From contig NC_087251.1 of NCBI RefSeq assembly GCF_037042905.1, forward strand, positions 44,642,001 through 44,702,000: a DNA stretch of 60,000 bases. Reading direction: 5' to 3'. Each line of letters begins with the position of its first letter. Position 1 is the first letter of the stretch. Under the pieces are notes generated by a model, which searched no databases, had not been told where the DNA came from, and worked only from the letters and a program-made list of their open reading frames with translations. The stretch comes from Lytechinus pictus. Taxonomy: Eukaryota. The position numbers were made by a program, and so were the translations under genes. Shown in pieces: positions 13,139-27,021 of this stretch.

Positions 13139-14461
13139 CTGGAAGAGTAAATGAAAAACATGGTCTAAATAATTTCTCCTGTAGTATATTTCTTGTATAT
13201 GATTTGTTGTTGGCTCACGCCCCCCCCCCCCAATTATAATCATTATGGATATCCCATCAAAACAAGCCGCATCCCTTGCAAAAATTCATTTTCAGTTTGA
13301 TAGCAATCTTTGCGATGTCATCTATTGTGAAACAGAAGTCAGTATAAGTTAAATATAACATGATTCACCACTTTGGCCATATGTCACCACTGACAAATTC
13401 TAAATAAAACACCTTCATCTGATTTGTCTCAAAATTCAATCAATTTTCAAAGAGGACTGGGACAATACACTTTAAATCCAATTTCGTCCCTGTTGAACGG
13501 TGGCCAGATTCACCTCACACTCACAGCAATCTCCCATAACCCCTCCCTCCACGTTGCACAATTCAATGCCCAGGTGGAGGGGGCGGGGAGGGGGGGGGAG
13601 GCACTAACATATAATGGCAGTATGGGTATGTGCGACCCTTCAGAGTTCAGACCCCCCCCTTTTCACATCTTGCCGGCCATTTCCAAGCTTATCATATTCA
13701 CCCTTTTTCATTGACCAAGACCTTTCTCCCCCTTCCTATAAGGTTTGCAGTTCAAGAAATGACCCGTTCTCTGGTTTTATCTCTTGTTCTGAAAGCCTGC
13801 AAAATATCAAGATCCTGTTCATAAGGGTTCTCATGCAAGTAACTGCCAGGCATGCTTCGCTCCATTATGAACAAAACCACGCATACACTTTGTGCCAATC
13901 AACGTCGAGGAGCAGGCAACAGCCCTTCTCCGTTAATCGAGTGTGAAATTTAGAGTCGATGCATCATACGGTTTTGTCTTGATGTCCATAACACATTTCC
14001 CAAGCCCTTAATTTCAGGCTTTAATTATCAAGACCCATATTTCGTGTTAAATTCCAGTTCCCATGCACCTACATTTGCAGAGTACAATTTCATAATAATA
14101 ATAATGCTAATAATAATAATAATTATGATAATAGTAATAATAAAAATAATGATTATAATAATAAGAACAATGGTATATGTACCCAGGGTAGCCACTTCAG
14201 TTCCGTGAACTGTTCTCCCAACGGGCCCTGCTATTATAGTTACCCTTGCTTCTCATTTCGTAAGCAACTTCTGTTAAACATATAGTTTCAGATATAGGGG
14301 CCACACACCCCAATACTTTCAAAATCTGAGTCCCCCCTCCGTTCAGTGCATCCTTCGTTCTCATCCAAACCCTCCTTCACTTTCTTCTTCCAATACGAAG
14401 TCTATTCCAATAGAAAATAATTCAGATTTGAGTTCATTAAAAGATACAGTAAATTAGTTAC

Positions 14462-14534
14462 CGCTGATGACTCCGTCGGCTCCCGGCTCACCCTGAGCAA
14501 AGTGAATGTGAGTCCTATTCATCCTCCTGAGTCC
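14462..14534 (-). CDS. TRPT1: TRPT1 exon 4 (GLRRMNRTHIHFAQGEPGADGVIS)
   Basis: RxHIH catalytic/NAD-binding motif; canonical splice sites. Confidence 0.96.
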
Positions 14535-15262
14535 CTAGAAAGTAGAGGGGGGGGGGGAAGAATTAAATTCATTCAAAATTAGACTAAGACCTATCTTTTT
14601 AAATAATCTCCAAACATTCCCCCCTTTTTTCTTTTTATGTTGTTTTCCAAGCATTTCAGCTCTTGCAATGCAGAAGAATAAATGCACACACAGTTTTTGC
14701 ACTGCCGGTATATAAATTAGTCTATTTTCATTTTAATTAATATTACACTTAAAATACAGGGTTGATGATTATGCGGCATACTGATGGAAACAGTGGGACG
14801 TGAATAGGAGGAAAAAAGGATTGATTTGTGACATACATGATCAACTGTGAGGAACAACTGAATGAGTGAAAAATAAAATGAGAAGAGGAAGGGGTCCCAG
14901 AGAGGGGTATGACGGACTGGTGAGAGAGAGAGGGGGAGGGGGAGGGGTGAACTGTGAGGAACTACACAGATAGAGAAATGAATGTAAGAGAACAGATAGG
15001 AGGGTTGATAAAGAGAGGTAACGGGAGTTCATCTGTTGGGAAGAAAGAGAGAAAAGAAAGTGAAAAAAAAGAGCACATTCAAAATAATTGTTCTGAAATG
15101 AGTAGAGTATGCTCAAGATTATATTTAAAAAAAAAAATTCCTCTTAGTCTTCACTCAGCAGTTAAGAGAATGCTAATTATTATAATGTAGAACATGATTT
15201 GAAATTCTTCAGTGTGTATCCTTTGATGAGTTGGAGTACAGAAATTATTACCATACATGTAC

Positions 15263-15361
15263 CTCTCTATGGATCTGGTCCCAATGTCTGATAAAGGTTC
15301 CATGGATTACTGTTGGATAACGACTAGCATCAGTAATGGGCTCTAATTCCGGTTCAGGTAC
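15263..15361 (-). CDS. TRPT1: TRPT1 exon 3 (VPEPELEPITDASRYPTVIHGTFIRHWDQIHRE)
   Basis: HGT motif; 99 nt, phase 0-0. Confidence 0.96.
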
Positions 15362-15401
15362 CTGAAAGAGAAAAAGTCAAAACATACAAGATAGTATCTA
15401 T

Positions 15402-15866
15402 CCGGGGGGGGGGGGGGGCAAGTCAAATGTATTGTTGTACACATGCGTGACCAAATTACTTCCAAACACCCGGCCCCTAAACAAGTATTTTTCTCTGTGT
15501 GCAAAATAACCCCCTAAACAAGTTTTTCGTGGGCTTTATTTACACATTTTGGCCCCTTATCAAGTTGTCGCCAGAATATGACCCCGGGGAAAAGCTTGGG
15601 GAAAAACATATCCTAAACACGTTTGGCTAGTCTTTAAAAAAAAGCTTTGGAAAAAAAACACACCCTGAATAGTTTTGACCCCACGATTGACCATTAACCA
15701 GTCTTTTAAAACCACCCTTTTTCTTAAAAATCAGTGTTTTTGATACCCTTTACGAGTGCATGCGCTGCCCTCATCCAAAACTAAAAAAAAAACACCCCTT
15801 TAAACACGTTTTTAGGGTCATGCATGTGTACAGCAATATATTTGACTGCCCCCCCCCCCCCTCCGG
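15402..15866. mobile_element. Non-autonomous DNA transposon with ccgg(G)n termini
   Basis: About 50-bp TIRs (ccgggg…gcaagtcaaatgtattgttgtacacatgc / gcatgtgtacagcaatatatttgactgcccc…ccgg) and a 7-bp TSD tatctat. Confidence 0.8.
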
Positions 15867-16351
15867 TATCTATAATTTAAAGTTGAAGTATAAGTGTATC
15901 ATATGGTCTAGGGGTTCTGACTCACGTCTTTTGATCAGAGGTTCATGGGGTTGGATCCAAGCCATGTCATGCATGCTTTCCTTCAGCAAGAAATTTACTC
16001 ATATTGTGTTGCCCTCAACCCAGGTGTTGTGCATGTGTGTATCAACTAGGATTTATTCTTTGAATTAATGCACTGCACTGAGTGCTGAAAGTGGCAGCTT
16101 GAGCTGAAACCTGGGTACTAACAATATAGTGACTTTGAATAGCTTATTTAGATGATGCTAAAATAAATGCCTGTTGTTATTATCATTATTATTATTATCA
16201 TATATTATTATGATTAGTAGTAGTAGTATTATCATTATCATTATTATTATTATCATTACTACTATTATTATTAATTGTCATTTATTTGTTTCAATGTGGT
16301 GGCACTGATGGTGCCATTTTGAATCTTGATTAATGGAAAACCAAGCCTCAC

Positions 16352-16521
16352 CTCGAACGAATGTCCTTGGTTAGCACAGATCATCAGATCTCCCGTTTCT
16401 TCATGAGTTTTGAGAGAGAATCGCTGTTTCTCATTGGATGCTACGACCCTCCTGATATCTGCCTCTGTATAACCCTGGAACATCTTATGCGCCAAAAGAT
16501 CCTTGACCAGGACATATCCTC
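16352..16521 (-). CDS. TRPT1: TRPT1 exon 2 (GGYVLVKDLL…SNEKQRFSL…ICANQGHSFE)
   Basis: KQRF and ANQGHS Tpt1 motifs; canonical splice sites. Confidence 0.96.
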
Positions 16522-16993
16522 CTGTGTGATTGTCAACAGAACGGAATAAACAGAAAAAAATATATATGTATAGATCTACTACTGTTGAAAGACCTAGAGA
16601 TGAGTTAGGCGCAAATATTCACTACTGAATGATATGTGTCGTAGTTCTATAAGCTAAAACAACATAGATTATGCCAATTAGGATGCATTTCTGAGGTTGT
16701 TCGGGATATGATGGGTAAAAAGTGATGCCATGTGGAGTGTGACATCACCCCCCCCCCCATTTCAGCAATTATTGGGTGAAATATGTATCCTCCGATACTT
16801 TTGCTCTCTTATGTTACTTAGTTTTTGTAACAAGCGCATTTTTGTAATGAATTTCATCATTTTGTTACTATGTACAAAGCATATCTGACTTCTGTGTACT
16901 TCGAAACTATTAAATGCACGGGACAGAAAATTCTGCTATTATAGTGGTAGGCCTATGTATGTTTACCAAGAGATGTCATGAATGAATGTCTAA

Positions 16994-17432
16994 AGGCCTG
17001 GCCCACGGACACAAAACGTATTCATAACGGATAGACTACAGCGGACAAGCAAAATTTTGAGGTGGCTCCATCGGGTTTCATCCGCTCCAGACAATGGACA
17101 AATCGAAAATGGGCGAACAATGAAATCACAGTGGACAGTAGACCAAAAGCTTCAGTCTCTGTATTTTGGTTGTTCCGCTGAACTGCGTTGGCTCACTCAC
17201 CAATACATAGACTGAATGGGGATGATAGTAAAATGTCAGAAATTGTTGAATAAATTCCCAGAAACGACGGTTCTAAGTGGACAGATGCTTGATGGATATA
17301 GAGCATATGAAACATTTACGCAAAAAGTAGATGACGGATACATAATTTTTCCAACAGATGGCAAGATTCTTTTCAGTTTTACATCCTCTTTGCATCTGTA
17401 AGACTAGTATAAAGAGCAGTGGGACCAAGCCT
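16994..17432. mobile_element. Harbinger-like MITE in TRPT1 intron 1
   Basis: Imperfect TIR aggcctggcccac / gtgggaccaagcct with TAA duplication on both sides. Confidence 0.65.
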
Positions 17433-17544
17433 TAACTCAATATAGGGTTCTAACTTCTAACAGAGAAAAATATGAGAGACAGATAAATTTGGTTAATAAT
17501 AATTTAATTACACTCTTGTTTACACTATTTCATGAATTGCTTAC

Positions 17545-17623
17545 CTGGATAAATTTTAAAACCCCATTCCACTGCCTTGTGCCTTAAAACCAGCGACAGT
17601 CGTTTGGATAGTCTGACATCCAT
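17545..17623 (-). CDS. TRPT1: TRPT1 first coding exon (MDVRLSKRLSLVLRHKAVEWGFKIYP); tRNA 2'-phosphotransferase 1, 204 aa in total
   Basis: LSK.LS..LRH motif; donor gtaagc. An in-frame stop lies 15 codons upstream of the ATG. Exon lengths 79+170+99+73+57+108+29 = 615 nt. Confidence 0.93.
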
Positions 17624-17924
17624 ACCTGGCCTGAGTTGAGACTGGGTGATCTTGTTGTGAGAAGCTCACCGAGTTAACTACAAGTACCGGTACAATGTAA
17701 TTTCCAATGCAATAAAAAATACCAATCGCGATCAAGAATGAACTCGAAATTGTTCGTCAACAAGTTGTAAGTTGATATCCACAAATCAGACTGCATGCAG
17801 TTGGTAAAGTACAATACATTTGTAGCAGAGATCAATAGTACTGTATCAAGATGAAATTACGAATACGGTATATAATTTTTTATCTTGATCTTTCGACACA
17901 CCAAGAAATTCGTGCAGGAGAAAT

Positions 17925-18060
17925 CGGCGCCATTCAGTAATGCCATCCCGATCGATCCGATATATATACAGGGAGGGTGATTGCGCAATACATATTATGC
18001 CCCGCCCACTCTACATCAAAACGTAAACAAAGCTGTTCTCGGCGAACGGTTTTACAAAAG
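17925..18060 (-). promoter_or_regulatory. Candidate TRPT1 promoter
   Basis: Locally CpG-richer; perfect C/EBP-type palindrome attgcgcaat (17980-17989), GC box gccccgccc (17999-18007) and Fox-like gtaaacaa, about 350-400 bp upstream of the ATG. Confidence 0.4.
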
Positions 18061-19876
18061 CATTTTGGAATTACCGTTTGAAAGTTATGTACGACTGGCA
18101 CTGGCGTAAATCCGGTCCGAGCACTGGGGGGGGGGGGGGGGTGAAAGCAATATACTGACCTGAAAATTAACTTTTGGGGGACACCTAAATACAGGGCTAT
18201 ATGTATGCGGGCTATGTAACCGTGTACAAATCCTTTAATCTTTCAGTTAAAGGCCTCTCATGATTTTTTTCCAATGGCTATAATTGTAATGAATTTGTTG
18301 TGTTATTGAAATACAGTTAATATCAAAATGCGAGCGAGCAAATTTTCAGTAGTTGATCAAAGACTTGATGACCACAGTCGTACGTCTTTCATGATAGGTG
18401 TGATTGTTGTGACGCAAAGCTGGATTACAGTTAGTATCCAAATGCGAGCGAGCAAATTTTCCATACTTGTTTTGGTGGTAACTCAGTGGCGTCATGAATC
18501 CAAGACGGGCCCGGGTAGGCCCTCCGATCCTCTGCCCCCCCCCCCCCCCCCCGGAGGGAGACGACAAGATTTTGGGAAAGAGGAAAAAAGATAGTAATTG
18601 GGAAAGGAAATTTGGAAGAAGGATGGGCAAATCAGAAGGAAAAGTGATCGAAGGATCGAATTTGGGAAGGGAAAGTATTGGTTGAACATGCAGAGGGCAA
18701 TTCTATGGGGGAAAATGGACCACAATTTATTAATTTCCAGCAGAGTTTGGGGATGAAGTCCATGGATCTAAGGAAGCAAAATTGAGAAAGGGGGGAAGGA
18801 GAACCATAATTATATGGAAGGAGGAAAGTAAAAAAAATAAAAAGAAAGAGAGGATAGCTGTAAGATAAATGTAAATTTAAAGAAAACGGGACGAGAAATA
18901 TGTTTCCTTGTCTCTCTCTCCTACTTATACTTTCCTTCCTCTTTTTCCTGTCTCCTCTTTTTTATCTTCCAAATAAGTATATTCGACGGGGACCAAGCCG
19001 AGGACTGGAAGTGCATGGCTGTGTGTCAAGCCGGGATGATAATCAAATTAATACGTCTGGGAATAGATTATTTGTAGACAGATGCCGCAAAATAAATGTC
19101 TATAATCATCACTTTCATTTATTATTATCATAAATATTATTTTTGTTATCATTATTATTTAGGAAAGGGCTAAGGTATATAATTATGTGAGACAAAGAAG
19201 GTAAAAAAGTGGTGTGAGTTTCACCAGTTAAAGAGTTTGAGCGAAACTTGGTATGGGGGAGACAAAAAATGACAGAGGGCCAGAAGTGAAGTATAATGGG
19301 TCAAAAATTTAAAAAACTTCGAGCAAGTAAAATGTTTGACCGTCTTGATACAATACTAATCTTTGATATATCATTTTGACATAAAGATACTGCAGATACA
19401 AGCTAAAAGAGTTTGCCTGAACATGGTGAAAATGAGCTAAACTTAAGCAAGGTAATCCTACTCCATGTGGCGCTTTATATTTTTACCACAGCGCCATCTC
19501 TTAATATTGTACGACGAAGCTCGATGGTCAATTTTACCAACACCGAGGAGCTGTCATCCTCAGTTACCCTTTAAGATCTTACCCCTTCTGAAATTTTCAT
19601 AAAAAGTATTGACATAATTACAAATGTTCGCGAAATGCCACCCCTATGCAACCTTCAATTTCAACTAAAATGCGCACCCGCCCTCGGAATCAGCTCGGTC
19701 GCCCGGTCGCTACATAATATTTAAATTTTTTGTATATTCTTGTCCATGGCCGAGTCCATAGTCTAGTGAAAACAAAAGTCCATCGGCCATGGTCATGAAT
19801 AATATTGACTAAATCTGATCAGAGATTATCAATTCAGAGTTGCACGTATGTTATCCTCGGTTCTGTGACGATATAG

Positions 19877-20164
19877 TATTATTACCCCGGTCATCGGATT
19901 CAACGGTCATTCCCGCACACAATGCATGTGTGCACATCTTCCACTCCCTGGGGAGTATTCCAGTCAGTCGCCGGTGAGGCGCACACAGTACTGGACAAGC
20001 TTCAATGACTTTCACATCCTACCGGATACCCATTTAGCACCTGGGTCTAGAGTGGCAAAGTGCATGTGGATGAACGCCTTGCCAAAGGACGCCAGATCGA
20101 TCGGATTCGAACACACGACCCTCTATTTTCAAGGCGAGAGTCAGAACCACTACACCACGACTCC
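19877..20164 (-). mobile_element. tRNA-derived SINE
   Basis: Reverse-complement similarity to 6289-6625. Confidence 0.8.
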
Positions 20165-20803
20165 TGATGCCATGATTATAATGACATTTAAATTGAAAAT
20201 TTTAATGAATATTTCAAAACGGGCCAACAATTTTGATACAAATTTGTTGATTCACTATCTGAACAATAAAAAAAAACTAAGATGTAACTATTAAAATACA
20301 AGAGGGGGACAGTCCTTCTATTGTGTCTTGATGATGATGATCATTAGCATGTTTTTGTTCAGGTACGTAGATTTTAACGTGAGTGGTGCTTTCGTTTTCA
20401 ACAAAATAGAAAACAAGTAAATGCAATCACAACAAGCAAATTTCATTTTTTTTTTAATATACAAAGGTCATTAAGAAAAAAGTTATTTTTGCAAAGTCCG
20501 TCGCAGATTCAACGCTATCAATCTGCCAGCCCATTAGTATATGTTTAGCCTAAAATATAATTTTAACCCACACTCCCATGGAATGCTGACTTTATAATAC
20601 TTCCATATTAGTGGAAATTATTATGCACAGAACCAATTAATTCATAAAAATTAATTATATGTTTGTATTTCAATTTCCTTTCCCTTTCACAACTCAATTA
20701 ATATTTTTTACAACTTTTTGCAGCAGGATAAGAATAGTCTTTATTTGGTGTATTTATTTGACAACTGACACTCCAGAAAAGTATGTCCGTAGTCAAAACC
20801 CAG

Positions 20804-20984
20804 GTGGGTGTTTCATAAAGCTGTTCGTAAGTTATAAGAGCGACTTTAAGAACGACTGGTGATCCTTTCTTACGCGCTAAATAATCACCAACAAATAATG
20901 GTGAACGTCATTTACCACAAGAAAGGATCACCAGTCGTTCTTAAAGTCGCTCTTAACTTACGAACAACTTTATGAAACGGGCCC
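20804..20984. mobile_element. Harbinger-like palindromic MITE (CAG TSD)
   Basis: About 65-bp TIRs; second copy at 53731-53900. Confidence 0.85.
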
Positions 20985-22349
20985 CAGGTTTAACTAAACC
21001 ATGGCCAGCAGAATACCATCCTAAATGTCTTTACGAACTGCATATTCTACGTACACGTTGAATTTATGAAAACAGCCTAACAATATTTTCTCTTGTGCGT
21101 GTTTGTTGCGTCTATCCATTTAGGATGAAAATGGAAAATGATATACTCTGTAGGAAGATCTATGCATCAGTCGAATGTAATAAACACCATCGCAAGGACT
21201 GCGTGGTATAATAATGACGTTTTTCCTCGGGGCTTCTTCCCTCGGAATAATGGTACTACCAGACAAACCTCGAATAATTCCTTATATTAACTCATACCCT
21301 GGACTATATATAGCTAATTAATTAGCCCTAGCAGTCAGATAATAACACAATCACCTCCTGGAAGAAATACACGTGCAGATATAGCGGAGTATATTGCTAT
21401 CTATGCTATTGCAATATTGTTATTTTGGGCATTGATTTTGTTGGTGGGTGGAGGGTAATGAAATAGTTTCAAGTATATTTCAATTCCAATTCAATTTCAA
21501 TTCAATTTATTTCCACTTTAAAAAGCAACAATATATACAAATCAAGACAATGTTCTACAAAAAAAATGAAGGATTGAGCCGATGAGAGCACGGGAAGGCA
21601 AAATAGAGCGATTATGAAATGAAATAAGAAACATTGTTATGATGGAGAGAGAAAGAAAGATGCACTAGTGAAAAGGAAAGGTATATATAGAGAGATGAGA
21701 GAGAGAGCAAGGAAGTTAGTGAGTGATATAGGGAATAGACCTCTTTGGGGGAGAAGAGAGATATTGAGAGAGGGTGGCAGAGGGGGGGGGGGAGAAAGAG
21801 AGAGAAGAGGAATTGGGGGGGCTGAGGTTTGGGGCGAAAAGAAAAAAATATATATTATGGGTTTAATTCGTTGTGTAAAAAAATGTAGCAAGTTTTAGGT
21901 ACAATACAATTTCACAGAAAAAAGAAAAAACCCTCATACCTCAAAATTTCTCAATGTAATCATCTTCAAATGCTCATTTCGTTTTGTATACTAATTTTAG
22001 CTTCATCTTGTTTTTAGAGAGACTTTCATGATGCATATAGATAGCTTGTCAACACTTGTCTGACAACGCTAACAGCACTTGAAGAGCGAAGAACGTGACA
22101 TAAAGGGGGAATTGAGAGGGGCTGAAACTAGAATTAGATTCTACATTGTCATTTAAACTAGAATTGAGCATGTTATTGTGTTCACACGATGCTATACTGT
22201 CACATCGATGAAGCTAAAACGATACCGACCAAAGGGATTATGTTATTACCAATGACATACCATCAGTCGGTTTGGAGTCGGTTTCGTTGGTGTAACCGGG
22301 CATTTATACCAGAGTCACGTTGTAAAAACTGAACCTGAACGTGTCTCTC

Positions 22350-23400
22350 AATAGCAAGTTTTCGCACCGCCACTCAGAACGAATTCTAAAACACAGTAAA
22401 TGTATTGGAATTGCCCTTTTTAAATGACAATAAACAGCTTGGAGGACTTTGTCGGAATTTGGTGAACCGGAATTACAACAATTCGTCATAAGAGCTGACA
22501 AAAACGTCTGCAAATGTGTCGTTTGTCTACAGTCCAGGACGAAACTGCTGCTAGATTCACCAATTTTCGACAAAGACTTCTTGGTCGTTCATTGTCATGA
22601 AGGGCAATACATTTTCTATGTTCTTCAAAGCGTCCTGCGTCACGGTTTCGAAAACTTCCTAAAATATCAGCGAGGGACACGTGATACGTCTTTACCGTCT
22701 GTACAAGGAGATATCTCCTTGGTCTGTATGCAGACAGGGTCAAAATCTATATGCAGCAGAATGGCGCCAAAATCCCTAGCGGGAGCTTATTGGGGGTAAA
22801 TTGAGAATTTTCGCTCCAAGAAGCTCGACGGAATCAAGAACATGTAGCAAAAACCAAGAAAACTTTGTGGAAAATCGGTGAATTTAAATAGCAGTTTTGT
22901 CCTGGACTCTGGACAAACGACATACATGTACTTGGAATTTTTCATCAGCTCCGAACCTTATAGGACGAAACTGCTGTTCCTGTTCTCCAAATTTCGACAA
23001 AGACCTCCCAGCTGTTCTTTGTCATTTGACGGGCAATTTCAATACACGTCGTGCATTCTGGTACCCGTCGTGCGTCGCGAAGCTTGGAAGGAGAAGGACG
23101 CGGGAGGGGGGAGGAGGGGGGGGGGGGAGAAGGAAGATGAATTATGTCCACGCTCGGATGAATTATTCTGAGGAGGGCGTAATTAAAATGCCCGTCAAAT
23201 CACAACGGAAAAAATAGAGGTCATTGTCGACAATAATTGGTGGACCGACCGGGTCAGCACATCATCTTAAGATGCGGACCAAACATAAATTCTCAAATAT
23301 GTCGTTTGTCCAGACTCCAGGACGACACTGCTGTTTTGATTCACCGATTTTTTAAAGGCTGCTTTGTCATGAATGGCTTTTGACAAAGATTCTGTGCGTT
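22350..23400. repeat. Unclassified repeat with multiple direct and inverted sub-repeats (gtcgtttgtc…aggacgaaactgctg…ttttcgacaaag)
   Basis: The motif recurs in both orientations here and again at about 53370-53660. Confidence 0.55.
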
Positions 23401-23442
23401 ACAGAAAGCCTCTGTGAAATAATTGCTAAAATGTTCTATTTA

Positions 23443-23605
23443 TACCTTGGTCACATTTGTTCTACGGCGGCCGTACGGCGAGTCGAAAACAGCCGTTTTA
23501 TTCATTTCTATGTAAAGCACCTATATGTAGCTGGTACAAAAAAATGTTAAAACGGCTGTTTTCGACTTGCCGTACGGCCGCCGTAGAACAAATGTGACCA
23601 AGGTA
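23443..23605. mobile_element. PIF/Harbinger-like MITE (tacc…ggta family)
   Basis: Near-perfect TIRs, TTA TSD. Confidence 0.88.
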
Positions 23606-23749
23606 TTAAGCATCAGACCCATCATCAGTTTATGAAGGTAATTTATTTTTTAAAACTGTCTAATGGGCTCCCGGATAACTGAAAACTAGATTTGTATTTG
23701 GACAGTAAGAGTTCATCGACATCATATACTAGATCTTACTGACAGTTAA

Positions 23750-23901
23750 TACCTCGGTCACATTTGCTCTACGGCGGCCGTACGGCGAGTCGAAAACAGC
23801 CGTTTTATTCATTTTTATTCAACCCACCTATATGTAGCTGGTACAAAAAATGTCAATACGACTGTTTTCCACTCGCCGAACGGCCGCCGTGGACCAAGGT
23901 A
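23750..23901. mobile_element. PIF/Harbinger-like MITE (same family, deletion in right TIR)
   Basis: Sequence match to 23443-23605. Confidence 0.8.
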
Positions 23902-25003
23902 TTACCAAGGCTGACATGATTTATTACACTTATCACGCTTAATAATTGATTATGAAAACCTCAGGCAGATACGAGATTATTCGGGAACTTATAAATCTCC
24001 AGGTAATAAACCGTAATAGGAATAAAAAGATATCTTCTTCAGTTTGCTTCGTTCGCCTCTCTTTGAGCGTTGAGTTTATTTGTCGTTACACAAGTTTAAC
24101 AAAAGTAATAGAATAACTTTCCGATACACTAGGGCAAGACGTCCGGATTATTGTAGTGCAGATTAAATTACAGAGTCAAATATACGTTATCTTTTAATTG
24201 TAAAAAAAACAATTTTTTAACAAAGTAGTATTGCGTAGCGAATGAAGATTTGAATATAGAGTTGATAATTGTGATCTATACTTTACTAATATCGACTTAA
24301 AACAAACATTAAACTATCATAATTTTCTTATATTACATTCGATTTTGATGATTTTTTTTTCCGCATTGTATTTGTTTGATTTTTCTCCTTTTATTCAAAT
24401 CAACTTTTTGGGGGGTATAGATTAGATCTAGCCCTTTAAATGTCAATATACTACTCATCATACGCATTATCATCATCATGACACAATTTTTTAATTTGTA
24501 ATAGTGATACAATAATACGTATTTACTTTCTTTATCGTATATTATGTCACCTTTAAATGATTGTTATTGATTGATTGATTGATTGATTGCATTTATTCTT
24601 TTTTTTCATTCCAAAATTTAACAAATTTAACATATTACTCGGTTATGCTACAATATTTTAGAAATACAATCTAACTATCAATCACAATCATTATCATAAC
24701 TGTTATCTTCATTATTGCTAAAAAACCATTATAAGGAGGATTGTGGCATAATTATCATAGTTTGAATCATTACTACGATAGTTATTAATATGATTATTAT
24801 AATGGTTAGTGTTGTAAATATATATGATCACTGTCGTTACCATCACCATAAGCAGCAGCAGCATTCTTTTTTTTTTAACATTTCTTATGTAAGTTTGTTT
24901 TTTGGTTTAGTGTCTAACAGTTCCCTGTCCCCCTCTCTATTCCCCCATTCCTTTATACAGTTTTTCCGTTTATCTTTTCTTATCTATGTTTTCATATTCT
25001 TTG

Positions 25004-25344
25004 ATAATATTCCGCATTTATATAGCGCTTAACACATCGGAACGACGTCTCTAAGCGCTTTACAGATATATTATTACCCCGGTCATCGGATTCTTGCATG
25101 CCCGCATACAATGTATGCACCTTCTCCACTCCCTGGGGAGCATTCCAACAAGAGTTCTAAGACTCAATTACTAGGCATACTACATAGGCTTTCGCATCCT
25201 ACCGGGTACCCATTTAACACTGGGTGGAGAGTGGCAAATTGTGGATTGACGCCTTGCCAAAGGACGCTAGGCCATGGTGGGATTCGAACACACGACCCTC
25301 TGATTACAAGGCGAGAGTCAGAACCGCTACACCACGGCGCTTCC
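25004..25344 (-). mobile_element. tRNA-derived SINE, full length
   Basis: A/B boxes on - (tggtgtagcgg, gttcgaatccc); same family as 6289. Confidence 0.88.
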
Positions 25345-25484
25345 ACTATTATTATTATTATTCTTTGATGTTTTTAAATGTGTATTTAATGTGTATTTTT
25401 TTAAGTCCACAATTCTAACCACATTTCCCGCTTTCCTCACGCATAGAGACCTGCATATGTTATGCCTCTAATAAGAACTGTACT

Positions 25485-25710
25485 ATTATTATGATTATTA
25501 TTATCACCATTAGTAGTAGTATAGTAGTAGTATAACAATAATAATTATCATTATTATTATTACTATTATTATTATTATTAGTAGTAGTTGTAGTAGTAGT
25601 AGTAGTAGTAGTAGAAGTACAACAATAATAATTATAATTACTATTATTATTATTATCATTTTTATTAATAGTATTATTATCATTATTATTGTAATCATCA
25701 TTATTGTTAT
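25485..25710. repeat. (ATT/AGT)n low-complexity microsatellite
   Basis: Read directly from the sequence. Confidence 0.9.
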
Positions 25711-26860
25711 CGCTCTCAGCTCTAGTGTAATTTTCGGAACTCTTTCATTGTCTCCAATCTCCCAAGAGAACATAAAAATGATAACAGCGTGCATCCTCAT
25801 TCCCAGAAAGCGGTTGCGTCATTATTTCATTATATGCCCAACCATACCATGGCTAATCAATACCCCTTCGACAAACAACAACGCATGACACACCCATAGA
25901 GTTAAATACCTAACTCTATGGATACACCATCCTGATGCACTCAGGATTTTCATCATTATCTATTTTTGTCAAAAAGGGGAAACATATGGAATGTTACAAG
26001 CAGTTGAATGTGTATGATGGATAGGTGGGGGAGAAAGGCCCTTTAGGGGCGGCGCCTGATTTTTGGATGGGTGGGGGGGGGGGGCAACACAACACAAAGG
26101 TGACGTTTTTTCTTTCTCTCGATTAGATATAATAATAGGGGGATAATGTAACAGGCCTCCGATCTGGGGGGGGGGAGGTTAATTACTTTTAAAAACGCAT
26201 GGGGTCTGTTGCCCCTGTCGTCTGTCGCGCAACCCTTTGTTCATATTTGATATCTTTTATAACTGTTTATCAGCAGGATAATTTCATCGAGCAATACAAG
26301 TGCGGATTTCAACGATCATAACAATGCTTCAGTTTGTATCATAATTATAGACGTCTCTTGTAGACGTTATTTCTAAATTATATCCGATTTCTAGTTATAT
26401 CCTTTATCTTTCCGTCTCCTGCTTTAATCATCATTTACGATTAGGAACGAAAAGTCAATATACACTTATTAATTCTTTGACACTTGGCAGGCTAATGTTG
26501 CAATTGTGCACATTCGTACAATTATTATTCAACAATCGTAATAATAAGCTTTCTCGTTTAACTATATACTGGAGAAGCTAATAACTTAGATGCAAGTCTT
26601 GGATATTGTCTATATAATAACAATCAGTATCAATGGGACAGTATGTGAATCTAGATCAATAAAAATATCATTAAAAAATTATTTATTATTCCCCCAGAAT
26701 TACTTCAGCGCTGAAAGAGTTAAGGTAACAAAATTTAACTTCCGACAAACATTTTATTTGAACGAGCTTTCAATAGTAGTCGTGAGTTGATATGGAAGGA
26801 ACATATTTCATTGCGCATGACTGTGCCGACGTGATAATGTGCCCTGGAATCAATCAATTA

Positions 26861-27021
26861 TACCTCGGTCACATTTGCTCTACTGCGGCCGTATGGCAAG
26901 TCGAAAACAGCCGTTTTTTCATTTTTATACAAACCACCTATATGTAGCTGGTACAAAAAATATTAAAACGGCTGTTTTCGACTCGCCGTACGGCCGCCGT
27001 AGAGCAAATGTGACCGAGGTA
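26861..27021. mobile_element. PIF/Harbinger-like MITE (tacc…ggta family)
   Basis: TIRs with TWA flanks. Confidence 0.88.

Noticed and set aside
16361..16384. TRPT1 ICANQGHS instead of the IRANQGHS of human TRPT1
   Set aside because: Not one of the catalytic tetrad arginines; as I recall, yeast Tpt1 also has Cys at this position.
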